A stretch of 64,000 nt of DNA from assembly GCF_963921235.1 (NCBI RefSeq), contig NC_086101.1, positions 140,740,001-140,804,000 on the forward strand. The letters are read 5' to 3'. Shown one piece after another: positions 13,481-25,738 of the stretch (the first letter of the stretch is position 1; every line of letters starts with the position of its first letter). Below the pieces are notes generated by a model. That model searched no databases. It was not told where the DNA came from and saw only the letters and a list, made by a program, of their open reading frames with translations. Made by a program: the position numbers and the translations under genes. This DNA comes from Mobula hypostoma (taxonomy: Eukaryota).

Positions 13481-14002
13481 AATAAATAGCATTGTGTACA
13501 ATTTTGGGCTCCGCAACTTAGAACAGATGTGTTGGTATTGGGGGAGGGTCCAGAAGAAGTTCACAAGGATGATTCTAGAAATGAAAGGGTTATCATACGA
13601 GGAACATTTGATGGCACTGGGTCTGTATTCGCTGGAATTTGGAAGGATGAGGGGGGAAGATCTCATTGAAACCTTTCGAATGTTGAAAGGCTAGACAGAA
13701 TAGATGTGAAAAGGATGTTTCTCATGGTGGGAGAGTCTAGGACAAGAGAGCACAGCCTCAGGATGGAGGGTCGTCCATTCAAAACAGAGATGCGGAGAAA
13801 TTTCTTTAGCCAGAGGGTGGTGAATTGTGGAATTTGTTGCCACATGCAGTGTGGAGGCCAGGTTATTGGATGTATTTACGGCAGAGATTGATAGGTTCTT
13901 GATTGGACATGGTGTCAAAGGTTACGGGGAGAAGGCTGGGAAATGGGGTTGAGGAGGAGAAAAAAAAAATCAGCCATGATTTCTGCTCCTATGTCTTATG
14001 GA
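13481..14002 (+). mobile_element. CR1 LINE 3' fragment nested in a Rex1 3'UTR
   Basis: 'RVQKKFTRMILEMKGLSYEE...RMRGxDLIETFRML' and 'EMRRNFFSQRVV', followed by a CR1 tail. Confidence 0.85.
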
Positions 14003-17000
14003 CATATCGTTTAGGTACTTTGTTAATAAATTTACTTTGAACTTTGAATTAAACTTGTACTTAAGCTCCAAATCAGACCGAAACACTCACAAATGGCCCC
14101 AGAAAAGATCACAGACCTTGTGTGCAAACATTGTTTGAATTGGTTAGGGAGAGGCTCAATGAACAGCAATGTTCAACCTAATTATATATTTTGCTGTGTC
14201 ATATCTTGACTATTACATGCTGGGATAATCAAAATATTATATTGTACTCAAACTTACATTTGTTTTGCTGGTATTGAAGAATGCAGGAGAAATGCAGGGG
14301 GAATAACCATTATACAAAGAAAATATTCTTTAATTTTTTTTTGAATTATGGGTGTCACCAAAAGACCATAATTTACTGCCTCTCTCTCAGAAAAGTAGTA
14401 ATGACAGTCTTCTTAAATCACTGCACTCTCTATATTAAAGGTATTCCCAACATGTTGAGTAAAGAGTTGAACAATTTAAATCTAGTGACAATCAAGGAAT
14501 ATTCTCAAGTCAGGATAACATACAACTTGGTGTGGTGTCTTTGTACATTTTGCTTTTATTTTTCCAATTGGTAGAGGTCACAGATCTACAAAAAGTTGTA
14601 GCAGCAGCCTTGGATATAAACAGCAGTACACTTTGTGGTGAGTACACACAACAGCCATGAGGTGATGGAGATAGCAAGAATATTTATTGTGACCAATGAG
14701 GTGGCAATAAAGTGGGCTGCTGCCCTGGATTGTGTTGGGATGCTCAAGAACTGGTTAAGTCAAATGCATTCCACTATAATAGTGCCTTGTGAATTTGTGA
14801 GAAATAAAATGCTTAGGGTGGTGAAAGGAATGGCAATGAAGAGGACTACTAAATGAGCTTCATTTTGTTGAGGCTACATTTATTCAGAGCAAATTGAGAA
14901 TATTGTATCTCACTCCTGACTTGTGCCTTGCAGAAAGCAGAAATTAATGGTGCCTCCCAGAACATTGACAATTGGAGAATTGATTATATTAATGCCACTG
15001 TATTTCAAAGGTACGTAATTGTACTCTCCTCTCTAGGAGATGTTCATTGCCTGGCACAGAGGGAAAAAAAAGTTACACTACAAAAGGTAATGAGTTTCAA
15101 ATGATCAGGGATGACTGCTTGCTTACTGGACCATCTATGCTTATTGTATTCAACCTGCAATTCAATGTCAAAGACAAATGCATTGAATTCAGGTGGAAAA
15201 AGAAATTGAAATGTGTTGCAAATTTACATATAATAAATTATGAAGTGCAATGCAAAACATTTATAAATGATTATAATGTGATTTTTTTTGGGCTAGATTT
15301 TGTCCCTGTGGCTTGAATTTTGTGACCTTATTGGCATTAATTATACTCAAAGCCATTGGCAATTTGGCCCATAACACTGAAGTTCTGTTGTTTCAATTAA
15401 AGAAAACTTTTTTTCTTAATGATTTGGAGCAGAGATTATTTGTGCAATATCATGACTTACTGATGGAAATTAGTGCCAGTCTACATCTATACTGGGGGAA
15501 CAGCAAATGGACTGAGGCACAGGAGATAATTACATGCTGCATTTAGAACATTTGGGGTGATTATGTTATTCAATTCATTTGGTCTGAGCACCAAGATGGA
15601 TTAGATTCAGAAGAAAAATCAAATTTTCAAACATCATGATTGCTTTTCACAGTAACACAGAACATGTGTGTCCAATACATGAATATGAATTACATATTAT
15701 TCCTTGGAAGGACATCTGTAGTCATCATTACCATAACTGCCCCTCCTCTCTTTTGCTCCCAATATGTTATTCATCTCACTATTGTGCCTCCTTTCTTTAT
15801 CCCACTAAATCCTAGAGCCTAAATGCCCAGAGTTTCAGTGCCCCTCCATTTTTAGACCTCTGTTCTTCACCTTGTGATATCCTACAACTGGTGGACTCAC
15901 CTTCTGTTACCCAGGCTGAATCTCCTTTGGGCAACTGATACTGAATCTGTTTTCATCAGCCTTCCAGATCCCAATGAAATTTATTCATTTCCAACAATGC
16001 TGGAAAACTGAGCAGTTCAAGCAACATCTGTGGAAAGTGAACAGAGTTTACATTTCTGACTAAAAACCTTGCATCATAATGGGAAAATTAAAACCCAAGT
16101 TGCAGAGAGGTTAGGTCATAGATGAATGGAACAAAAGAAATTCATCAATGGGGCAAAGCCAGGGTTACTGAGGTAATTATGTTGTTTACCAAGCCATCAA
16201 GCAAATAGAACAATTAGAGAGTGAGAATTGCTGGGGTATTTAATGAGGTAGACATTTTGTTGAAAGATTAGAGAAATGAGGGCCATGGGTACTGGCACAG
16301 AAGGGAAAATAAGCTCGAAGGCAGACCAGTCATCATCGTATTCAATTGTGGAACAGGCCTGAGGGACAGAGTAGCCTACTTTTGCTCTTATCTTCCTATG
16401 TAAAACAAAGGAACATAAAAAAGTTGTGAGTTGTTACCGAAACATGATCCCAAAACAGTAACATCACAAAGACTCTTCATCAGTACATAATAACAACTAT
16501 TTTGGTCTTAACTAGTTTCCCAAGTTACACTTTCATCCAAATTAAGTTACAATTAGGGGTTTTGTATCACTGCAAGTTAAATAGTACTAGTTTTAAATTG
16601 ATCTCAATGAGAAAAGAAAAACTAGTAATTGAAAGCTTCCAATTTATTAACACAGCATTTGGCTTGTTTACACTTTGAAAATAAGTCAGAGGGAAGTATT
16701 AAGGTTCATTCTATTTACTAAAAGGAATGGGTGTGTTGCTGGCCACTTCCAGTAAGATGGCGGAATGCTCGCATGCAGTGGCATCATCAGGTCTAATCAA
16801 AAATGTATTTGTTCATCTTGTACACCACTTGCATGATCACAAGTCGCTGCTGGGTACTAAGAACATCAAGTACTGTAGTACTATCCCACCAGCAAGTGGC
16901 TTGATGACGATGGAGCTGGACTACTGTGTACCATTGTTATGACTCATTGTTGTGCTGTCACCTGGACTTGGCATGTGCTGTTGAATGGTGCACAATCTAA

Positions 17001-17370
17001 AAATAAGTGCGAGTAACTGTCTTGGATTTTTTTAAATCGTGATCACGCAACCCTTTTGGTCATTGGTAATGTAGAACACTGCCAGTCTAATTCACTGGTT
17101 CTTTGGCAAGACCAGTGGCAGGGGAGCTACATTGCCTTGGTTGTGGTGAGGACTAGCCCTAGGCCATGGGGTCAGCTGTTGCAGTCGCCCAGGGGAGGAG
17201 ATCTGAAGCTCTGTGGGCGTGCAGGAATCTGTTTGGGTTGGGTGCTGGCCCCTCCCATCAGTGCTACTCTCCGGTGCCCGTTCGGTGCAAAAGCAAGCTG
17301 GACACTCAGGGACTAGGGCTGTATATATTTTTTCTTTCTGATTGTATGTTTTCTGAAATTGTAACCACAT

Positions 17371-17511
17371 TGTAATATTTATGCGACTCGGACACCGGTG
17401 TAGATTGAACAACCAACGTTTATTCACCAGACTTCCATTTTTTTAAACCCTTTTCCCCGTCCTGACGTCATACGCACTCTGATGCTACAAATACTCACAC
17501 AATACATTACA
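17371..17511 (-). repeat. 3' LTR (141 bp) of the Gypsy element
   Basis: TGTAAT...ATTACA termini directly after the PPT. Contains TGACGTCA (17463-17470), a TTTAAAA TATA-like tract and AATAAA (17419-17424). Confidence 0.88.
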
Positions 17512-17758
17512 TCCCCCTTCTCAAGATTTTTTTGGTAACACTGTGGATTACCAAAACAATGCCTCTAGGTATGCCCTTCTTACAGTGCAACAACTATGAC
17601 ATAAACTAAAAAACATCTTATCTTCTTGTACTGTATTCTGCATTGTATTTTACAATACTAACAGCAGTGTATTTTCTTTTACTAACATAGACTAATAAAC
17701 CTTTTATTTCACACCTTTGGAACTTATGACATGTGTGACTTTGCCTCAAACTGTATGT

Positions 17759-18769
17759 CTAGTCTCTGTATCTAGCTGGAAGTTTGACTTGTCTCCCAGA
17801 CCGTGTGCGATACAACTGTGACTGTGCTTGACCTTCATCCCTGTCAGTCTCTCGAGTGAGCTCTGTGTTTTTGCAGTCTGCATCACTCTTGGTGTCATTT
17901 GTTTCCATGTCTGCATCTGTGGAAATGTCCTGTGCACCTGTACGTGGAAACTCATTCTCGCCTGTCTTCAGCAGATGCTTCCTGTTCCTACTGTAGACTC
18001 TTCCATCCGGCGTGTGAACTATGAAGGATCTTGGTTGCTGATGTCTGTTCACAACCACAGCTGGTTGCCAAGTGTCCCCTCTCTGTATTCTGACATTTTC
18101 ACCTGTATGTAGATCTGGCAACTGTCTTGTATGTCTGTCATAGTAGCTCTTTTGCTTTATTTGCTTGTCATGTACTTGAGCATTACCTTCAGGGGTCAGT
18201 AGAGTTGTGGATGTTGGCAGTTTGGACTTCAGACAACGTCCCATCAACAGCTGCGCAGGAGAGAGCCCCACACCCTCAATCGGTGTGTTGCGGTATTCAA
18301 GCAGAGCAATGTAAGGGTCACCGTTGCTGCTTTGTGCCTTCTTGAGCATGTTCTTGACAGTTTGTACAGTTCTCTCTGCTTGTCCATTAGACTGAACGTG
18401 CCCTGGACTGGAAGTAACATGTTGAAATTCCCAGCTTTCTGAGAACCCTCTGAACTCACCACTGGCATATTGTGGACCATTGTCACTAACGACAATATCT
18501 GGAATCCTATGTCTAGTGAATGTCGACTTCATTGCAGTAATGACACCTCGACTGGACGTGTCACTTAACTTGGTGATCTCCGGATATTTTGAATAGTAGT
18601 CCACACAAAGCAGATATTCTGTACCATTGTAGTGAAAGAGATCTGTGCCAATCTTCTCCCATGGTCTTCCTGGTAGTGGGTGGGGAAGCAGAGGCTCTCT
18701 TGGATTGCTGTTTTTGTTTTCATTACAGACAGCACACTGAGACACAATGTCTTCTATCTGAGTTGACAT
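17759..18769 (-). CDS. Gypsy integrase (partial H2C2 zinc finger, rve DDE core, C-terminal tail); Pol fragment
   Basis: 336-aa open frame: YWPGM...CAVC, GTDLF (D), VSDNGPQY (D), SNGQAER (E; D-35-E spacing), terminal TRSGRQVKLPARY. Confidence 0.93.
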   Translation of the reverse strand: MSTQIEDIVSQCAVCNENKNSNPREPLLPHPLPGRPWEKIGTDLFHYNGTEYLLCVDYYSKYPEITKLSDTSSRGVITAMKSTFTRHRIPDIVVSDNGPQYASGEFRGFSESWEFQHVTSSPGHVQSNGQAERTVQTVKNMLKKAQSSNGDPYIALLEYRNTPIEGVGLSPAQLLMGRCLKSKLPTSTTLLTPEGNAQVHDKQIKQKSYYDRHTRQLPDLHTGENVRIQRGDTWQPAVVVNRHQQPRSFIVHTPDGRVYSRNRKHLLKTGENEFPRTGAQDISTDADMETNDTKSDADCKNTELTRETDRDEGQAQSQLYRTRSGRQVKLPARYRD

Positions 18770-20297
18770 GCCTGGCCAATAGAGAATGTCTCTTGCAATA
18801 CATTACACACATGTACTATTTATGCTATACGCTATATGCAATGTGTTGTATGCTGTTGGTAATATGCTTGCACCTTGGCCCTATAGGAATGCTGTTTCGT
18901 TTGACTATATTCATGTATAGTTGAATGACGATTAAACTTGAACTTAAAGGAGCAATAGAGATTATTCCTCATCTCTAATTGGCCTCAAGAAGCTGGTTGT
19001 GAGCCACAGCCTATTCTGTACAAATCATTATTATTTGTTAAATGTAAACAAACTGAGTTCCTTGTTACAGACCGACCCAAGATATTGAATAGGTTCTGTG
19101 TTATGGATGCTGTAGGATAATTTTCAAAGTAAAATTTATTATCAGAGTACATACTTGTCACCATGTACAACCCTGAGATTCTTTTTTCTGAGGGCATATT
19201 TAGCAAATCTATAGAACAGTAACTGTAAACAGGATGAATGAACACACTGTGCAAATGCAAATATAATTTTGTTCATAAGTTGGAAAATGCACAAGAAATA
19301 CTCAACATGGTAACCATTCCTGTACAGTATTGTAATGAATGGCATAAAACGTATGCAAGACTAATAAGGAACAATTAATAAAAAGAGTGAGAGAGAGGAG
19401 ACTAGCTCTACCCTTCATTGGAATGAACAGGTGTACATAGGTCAGGCTTCAGAATTTAAGGATATTGTGAGAGCTTGTTCATATGTCGGGATGTCAGTAA
19501 ATCAGGTATTCCTACCCAAGGAAGTCTGGTATTACATTGATGTGCTTCCTGTTATTTTTGAAATCAATGAAGATTTAATTAAAAATTGATTTGGATTAAC
19601 TGTTATGGTACTAAACACCACTTGCCATTTAATCAGATGAAAACTTGGCTCACAAGAGAAACTGTAGATGCTGGAAATCTGGAGCAGCACACACAAAATG
19701 CTGGAGGAGGAGGAAGCAGGAAAGTCCTGATGAGATACTGCAACACTGTTTATAGATGTTACATATCACAGCACCATGACAGCATAAGAGAATGTTTTGG
19801 CAAAGTGGATCAGGTGGCCAATCAGCAAGTTCCTTGGGAGTTGATGGAGCTGCACTCTTCCAGGCAGAGAGAGAGCAGTTTTACTTTTGACTTGTACCAA
19901 AGAGATGGTTGTTACTATAGCCATGGTATGTGTGTGGCTGGTTCAGTTAAAGCCCATTAATGAGAATGGTTTAAGAGTTATTCACATTGCTGTGAAGTTG
20001 TTTCCTCAGACCACACTGGTGAGCAAACAAGGAATTACAAATGATTTAGTAGCTTCAATTTGGCTCTTACTGACCTTGGATTTTTAAAATTGTATATTTG
20101 ATTTAATCAAGTTGCATGCCCTGATCAGCAATAAACTAGTATTTACTACTAGGATTTCCACCAAGGAGAGAAATCAGTATCTGCTACATACAGCCAGAAA
20201 TACAGGGAGGCTGTAATACATCAGTGTCTTTCACAGCCTCAGGATATCCACGTTCATTTTACAGATCCAATGTAGTCTCTATAATTAACCGAAAACA

Positions 20298-20605
20298 TGG
20301 CAGTATGGTAGTGCAGTAGTTAGCACAACTCTACAGTACCACTGACCTGGGTTCAATTCCTGCCACTGCCAGTAAGGAGTTCCAGGGTTTAGTTCTCCCC
20401 GTGACCACGTGGGTTTCCTCTGGGTGCTCCGTTTCCTCCCACAGTTCAAAGACTAATCTACAGTTGGTAGATTAACTGCCATTGTAATTTTTCCTATGAT
20501 TAGGCTAGGATTAAATCGAGGGATTGCTGGGCAGCATGGCTCGAAGGGCCGGCAGGGCCTATTCTATGCTTTATCTCAATAAATAAATAAAATAAAAATA
20601 AAATT
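20298..20605 (+). mobile_element. V-SINE (HE1-like)
   Basis: tRNA-like head with GGTTCAATTCC B-box, V-domain GTGGGTTTCCTCTGGGTGCTCCGTTTCCTCCCACA, and an (AAAT)n tail. Confidence 0.85.
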
Positions 20606-20699
20606 AACTTATGTATAGCAACATCACAATGACCGTTGAAGTACTCTGCTGACCAGAGCACTGGGGGAAATATAAAACATAAAATCATTTGCATGCACC

Positions 20700-20885
20700 T
20701 AAAAGAGAAGGAGCCTCACCCTAAAGTGAATACAAGAGATAGACCTCTAACTGTGCATCCATTCCTCAACGGCACTGAGGTGTCAATCTGGTCTTTTTTA
20801 TACTGGAGCTCCTGGACTGAGACCTGAACCACTGCCTTCCTATTTTCTAGCTGAGGGAGAACCAATGTATTAAACCACTGATGTA
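20700..20885 (-). mobile_element. Ancient DeuSINE (SacSINE1-like) fragment
   Basis: Minus strand TCAGTGGTT...GGTTCAGGTCTCAGTCCAG...GATTGACACCTCAGTGC, shared with copies near 22.0-22.25 kb and 30.0-30.3 kb. Confidence 0.5.
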
Positions 20886-21284
20886 CCCAAGATGCAGGGC
20901 AAGCAGAGAAAAAAAATGAAACCATTAAATATAGTGCAATTCCAAATGACTGACCACAGCATTCCTGAAACACTGGGTGAGCTACCGTAACAAAGAGAAA
21001 ATGACAGCCATGGATCACTAATTAAATCAAAACTGAATGTCTGAAAAAAATCCTAAAAACAAACTGCATCGTTTAATACAAGCCAAGCCAACATTATTGT
21101 CATATGCCAGGGCTTTCAGGCCCTGGAACAGTACCACCAAAGATTCTTATGAAAGATTTTGAGGATCAGCTGAAAGGACAGACACACCAGTGTACTGGAG
21201 AAGGTCAGCACGTACAGCATCTCTAACAAGGTAAAGCAACACCAATTCCAATGGATAGATTATGTCACCCAGATGCCTAACTCA

Positions 21285-21735
21285 CATATTTCCAAACTAC
21301 TACCATTACCATATATACAAGTACAGTGAGGTGCAGGTACAATGAAAAACTTGCTTGCAGCGGATCCACAGGCAGACAACATGCAGCATATAAATATACA
21401 CAAATTATACCTAATGTTGCAATAAAATACCGTGCAAAAGAAGAAATAAATGCAAAAAAAACCCAAAAAAATTCAGAGTCATGTCCATGGTTGTGCAAGA
21501 GATCTGAAGTTACATTTCTGAGGTAGGGTTAGGGTTTTAGAGGTTAGTTCAAGAACCTGATTGTTGTAGGAAAGCAGCAGTTTCTGAACGTAGTGATGTG
21601 GAACTTCGGATTCCTGTACCTCCTGCCCAATGGTAGAAATGAAAAGACGACATGACTCCTGTGGTGGAGATCTTTGATGATTGATGTTGTTTTCATGAGG
21701 CAATGCCTCCTATAGATGCTGTCAGTGGTGGAAAG
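21285..21735 (-). mobile_element. Rex1/Babar-type LINE 3' fragment
   Basis: Minus strand 'LPLGRRYRN...TTFRNCCFP' followed by a 3'UTR and (TGGTAA)n-like tail. Confidence 0.7.
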
Positions 21736-21989
21736 AGGAAAAAATGGTCCATCCCCCAGCCCTAATTCTAGCCAGAAATTTTGCCTCTCTCAAGGGATCA
21801 CACAGTTTTGTATGGGATTTGGTGTGACTATTTGTTGTGAGAGACAGGAACTCACAAGTGAGACTAACTTTGCAGCCCAGAGGGCTGTGGACATTGGTGT
21901 TCTTATGCCTAATATGATGTAGTCACTTGCAATTCCCAGGCTAACAACCCTCACCCAGATTCAGATAATGTAAATCCTCCCCACTGCAC

Positions 21990-22260
21990 TGACCATGCAG
22001 TACTCTTCCTATGTCGGACTTTGATGCTATGGGTACAAAACCAACTTCTGAGAATAAAGCACAAACTTTGAGGTGCAAATGCTGTACCTTTTTTTTAGTG
22101 CTGCACTGTCAAAAGTGTCAATTTCCCCACGATGGATGCAAGAGGTGCTAAGGCTCTATTTCAAAGAAGAAAAAGGGACTTCTACCCTATGTCCTGCCAA
22201 TATTTATACAGTCAATCTACTCTCAATCATCAATAAAATATGACTGACAATGCCATCCAG
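21990..22260 (+). mobile_element. Ancient DeuSINE (SacSINE1-like) fragment
   Basis: GTGCTGCACTGTC...GATGGATGCAAGAG...CTATTTCAAAGAAG...TGTCCTGCCAATATTTAT Deu-domain-like blocks. Confidence 0.5.
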
Positions 22261-22704
22261 CTGCTGTTGCACTTTTGGGTTTTGAAATATATTGTTGTTC
22301 CTTTATCATTGCAGGTCTAAATCCTCCAAGTGCCTACACAACAGCACAATGAGAAGATCATAGTAATCATTTCCAGTTATGGATGGATCCTGAAAAATGA
22401 ATAAATTAATTCTGGAGGTCAACCAAGGTGTTGAGCAGCATTACAGGATTCTCATTCATATTCCTAATTGGCCTCTTGGTCCCACCTGATCCTATTTCCA
22501 ATCTCCTTCTAGATCTGTGTACCTCTACCTCTAGCCTCTTTAATCACCCCATCATTCACAGCTACGTCTTAAGATGCTAAGGTTCCAATCATTTTCCTGA
22601 AATCACTGTGCCTCTCTCCCTTCCCCTCCCCATAAAACATTCAGAAAAATCAACTATCAAGCCTATAATCTCATGTAATATGGCATCAATTATTTTGATA
22701 ATGT

Positions 22705-23030
22705 AGCACAGTTGCACAGAAAATAGTGTCATTACCTCAAATCAAGAGAGCTCTGTTCAATCCTAATCTCACGTGCAGCTGACACGACAGTGTGGCCTTC
22801 ATCTGGGTCCTCTAGTTTCTTTGCACAGCCCAAAGAAGAGCAGGCTGGTAGGTTAATTGCCCTCTGTGAATTGCCCCAAGTGTGGAAGTGAGGGGCAGTG
22901 TCCGGAGAGAGGAGTTGAAGATGCGGAAAGAACAAAATGGGGATTAATGCAGGATTAGTTAAATGGGTGTCCGATGGTTAGAATCGATTCAGTGGGCCGA
23001 AGGGCCCATTTCTGTGCTGCTCCTCTGTCT
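22705..23030 (+). mobile_element. V-SINE (HE1-like), older copy
   Basis: GTTCAATCC B-box remnant, GGTAGGTTAATTG block, and CR1-type 3' GGGCCGAAGGGCCC. Confidence 0.65.
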
Positions 23031-23328
23031 CCATGCTCCTTGGAAAAGTCTTACATATTTTACCTATATTAAAGTAAATATGATATAAAATCTTCCTCTG
23101 TAACAGAATGCCTTTTAATTTATGGATGTCATTCTATTATTTAATTTTCCTAATTTATTCAAGAACTAACTTCCTTCACAAATTCAATTCATAGAGAGAG
23201 AGTCAAATTACATTCTGCAGAACACCTCTATAATTAAAAAAAGAGAAACTGTGCTAAATTGCATGGTGTAGAAGTTCCTGTTACTGGTATGGTCTTTATT
23301 TGAAGTTGTCCCAAGTCACATGGGCAAG

Positions 23329-24139
23329 TACTTATCCGTGTAAGCAGAACAAGTGCTACACATGCCCTTACACTTCCTCCCTTACCACCATTCAGGGCCC
23401 CAAACAGTCCTTCCAGGTGAGGCAACACTTCACCTGTGAGTCGACTGGGGTGATATACTGCGTCCGGTGCTCCCGATGTGGCCTTTTATATATTGGCGAG
23501 TCCCGACGCAGACTGGGAGACGGCTTTGCTGAACATCTACACTCTGTCCGCCAGAGAAAGCAGGATCTCCCAGTGGCCACACATTTTAATTCCACATCCC
23601 ATTCCCATTCTGACATGTCTATCCACAGCCTCCTCTACTGTAAAGATGAAGCCATACTCAGGTTGGAGGAACAACACCTTATATTCCGTCTGGGTAGCCT
23701 CCAACCTGATGGCATGAACATCGACTTCTCTAACTTCCGCTAAGGCCCCACCTCCCCCTCATACCCCATCTGTTACTTATTTTTATGCACACATTCTTTC
23801 TCTCACTCTCCTTTTTCTCCCTCTGTCCCTCTGAATATACCTCTTGCCCATCCTCTGGGTCCCCCCCGCCCCCTTGTCTTTCTTCCCGGACCTCCTATCC
23901 CATGATCCTCTCGTATCTCCTTTTGCCTAACACCTGTCCAGCTCTTGGCTCTATCCCTCCCCCTCCCCCTCCAACTTTCAAATCCCTTACTCACTCTTCC
24001 TTCAGTTAGTCCTGACGAAGGGTCTCGGCCTGAAACGTCGACTGCACCTCTTCCTACAGATGCTGCCTGGCCTGCTGCATTCACCAGCAACTTTGATGTG
24101 TGTTGCTTGAATTTCCTGCATCTGCAGAATTCCTGTTGT
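23329..24139 (+). mobile_element. Penelope-like element 3' part (GIY-YIG endonuclease and pLTR) with 13-bp TSD
   Basis: ORF 23300..23743 'FTCESTGVIYCVRCSRCGLLYIGESRRRLGDGFAEH...PVATHFN...EQHLIFRLGSLQPDGMN'. TSD TCACATGGGCAAG at 23316-23328 and 24140-24152. Confidence 0.93.
24007..24044 (+). ncRNA. Minimal type I hammerhead ribozyme in Penelope pLTR (complete core)
   Basis: UAGUC-CUGACGA-AGG(gucucgg)CCU-GAAA-CGUC|GACUG: stem I, core boxes, stem II and palindromic ACGU stem III. Predicted cut after C24039. Confidence 0.85.
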
Positions 24140-24497
24140 TCACATGGGCAAGAGTTGCCTTGGTCATTTCACCTTTTCTGTTGAATCTTTATCTGCATTG
24201 ACTAACTTCCACAATGAACAGGAAGCTCAGGTCACATGAAAGAACAGGATCTATCACTCCACTGGATATGCACCGAAGAACCATGCCCGTAACTTGGCTT
24301 TCAATGCTTTTGGGAGATAACCGCAGGTTACAACTGGACATTGATACAAAGCTGAGCTGAAAAGTGGCAGATGGAGTTCAATCTGGAGAAGTGTGAAGTG
24401 ATACACTTCGGAAGGTTGTACTTGAAAGCAGAGTATAACATTAATGGCAGGATCCTTATTGTAGAGAAACAGAGGGATTTAGGGTCTACATCCATAG

Positions 24498-25738
24498 ATC
24501 TCGATCTCTCGGTCTCCATCTCTGGAGACAGACTGTCCACTGACATCTTCTACAAACCCACTGACTCTCATAACTACCTCAACTATACCTCTTCCCACCC
24601 CGCCACATGCAAAAATGCCATTCCCTAGTCCCAGTTCCTCCGTCTCTGCCGCATCTGCTCCGAGGATGAGGTTTTCCGTTCCAGGACATCTCAAATGTTC
24701 TTTTTCTTTAAGGATCGTGGTTTCCCTTCTGCTGTCATCAATGATGCCCTCAACCGCATCTCCTCCATTTCGTGCACTTCGGCTCTCACCCCATCCTCCC
24801 GCAGGGACAGAGTTCCCCTTGTCCTCACCTACCACCCCGCTAGCCTCCGGATCCAGCACATTACCCTCCGCAACTTCTGCCACCTTCAACAGGACCCCGC
24901 CACTAAGCACATCTTTCCATCTCCACCCCCCGCAGGGATCGGTCCCTCCCCATGGATCTCCCACCTGGCACTTATCCCTGTAAGCACAAGTGCTACACCT
25001 GCCCCTACACCTCCTCTCTTGCCACCATTCAGGGCCCCAAACAGTACTTCCAAGTGAGGCAACACTTCACTTGTGAGTCTGTTGGGGTCATCTATTGCAA
25101 CCGGTGCTCCTGGTGCGGCCTCCTCTACATCGGTGAAACCCGACGCAGATTGGGGGACCGCTTCGTCGAGCACCTCCGCTCCATCTGCCAAAACAGACAG
25201 GATCTCCCAGTAGCCACCCACTTCAACTCTGCTTCCCACTCCCATTCAGATATGTCCATACATGGCCTCCTCTACTGCCATGATGAGGCTAAACTCAGGT
25301 TGGAGGAGCAACACCTCATATACCGTCTAGGTAGTCTCCAGCCCGTTGGTATGAACATAGAATTCTCCAACTTCCGGTAATTCCCTCCCCCTCCCTTCCC
25401 CTATCCCTATGTCACTCTGCCCCCTCCCCCAGCTGCCCATCACCTCCCTCATGGTTCCGCCTCCTTCTACTACCCATTGTGTTTTCCCCTATTCTTTCTT
25501 CACCTTTCCTGCCTATCACCTCACTGCCTCCCTTCCCCCACCTTTTTATCTTTCTCCTTACTGGTTCTTCACCTGGAACCTACCAGCCTTCTCCTTCCCA
25601 CCCTCCCCCCACTTTCTTTATAGGGCCTCTGCCCCTTCCACCTACAGTCCTGATGAAGGGTTCCAGCCCGAAACGTCAACCGATCTTTTACACGGATGCT
25701 GCCTGACCTGCTGAGTTCCTCCAGTGTGTTGTGAGTGT
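24498..25738 (+). mobile_element. Penelope-like element (RT thumb/linker, GIY-YIG, pLTR), 5'-truncated
   Basis: 'DLSVSISGDRLSTDIFYKPTD...SQFLRLCRICS...RVPLVLTYHP' and GIY-YIG ORF 24952..25380, followed by a CT-rich pLTR. Confidence 0.92.
25645..25682 (+). ncRNA. Minimal hammerhead ribozyme motif in Penelope pLTR (core complete, stem I damaged)
   Basis: CAGUC-CUGAUGA-A-GGG(uuccag)CCC-GAAA-CGUC|AACCG, with two stem I mismatches. Confidence 0.7.

Larger units (their letters stand above)
17371..18807 (-). mobile_element. Internally deleted Gypsy/Ty3 LTR retrotransposon
   Basis: 5-bp TSD CACAT (17366-17370, 18808-18812), complete 3' LTR, PPT GAGAAGGGGGA (17512-17522), integrase ORF, and only 12 nt of the 5' LTR (18796-18807). 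Confidence 0.93.
16744..18945 (+). mobile_element. Non-autonomous YY1-headed, LINE-tailed element (16744-17370 + 18808-18945), split by a Gypsy insertion
   Basis: Starts ACTTCCAGTAAGATGGCGG and ends GAATGACGATTAAACTTGAACTT. The halves rejoin at the CACAT duplication. Confidence 0.6.

Noticed and set aside
17759-18769. Domesticated integrase gene
   Set aside because: An intact LTR, PPT and TSD plus insertion into another repeat indicate a recent copy. Youth explains the open frame.
20298-20375. tRNA genes at SINE heads (also ~32975 and ~36865)
   Set aside because: Only A/B-box remnants are present with no cloverleaf, and they run into V-domain SINE bodies.
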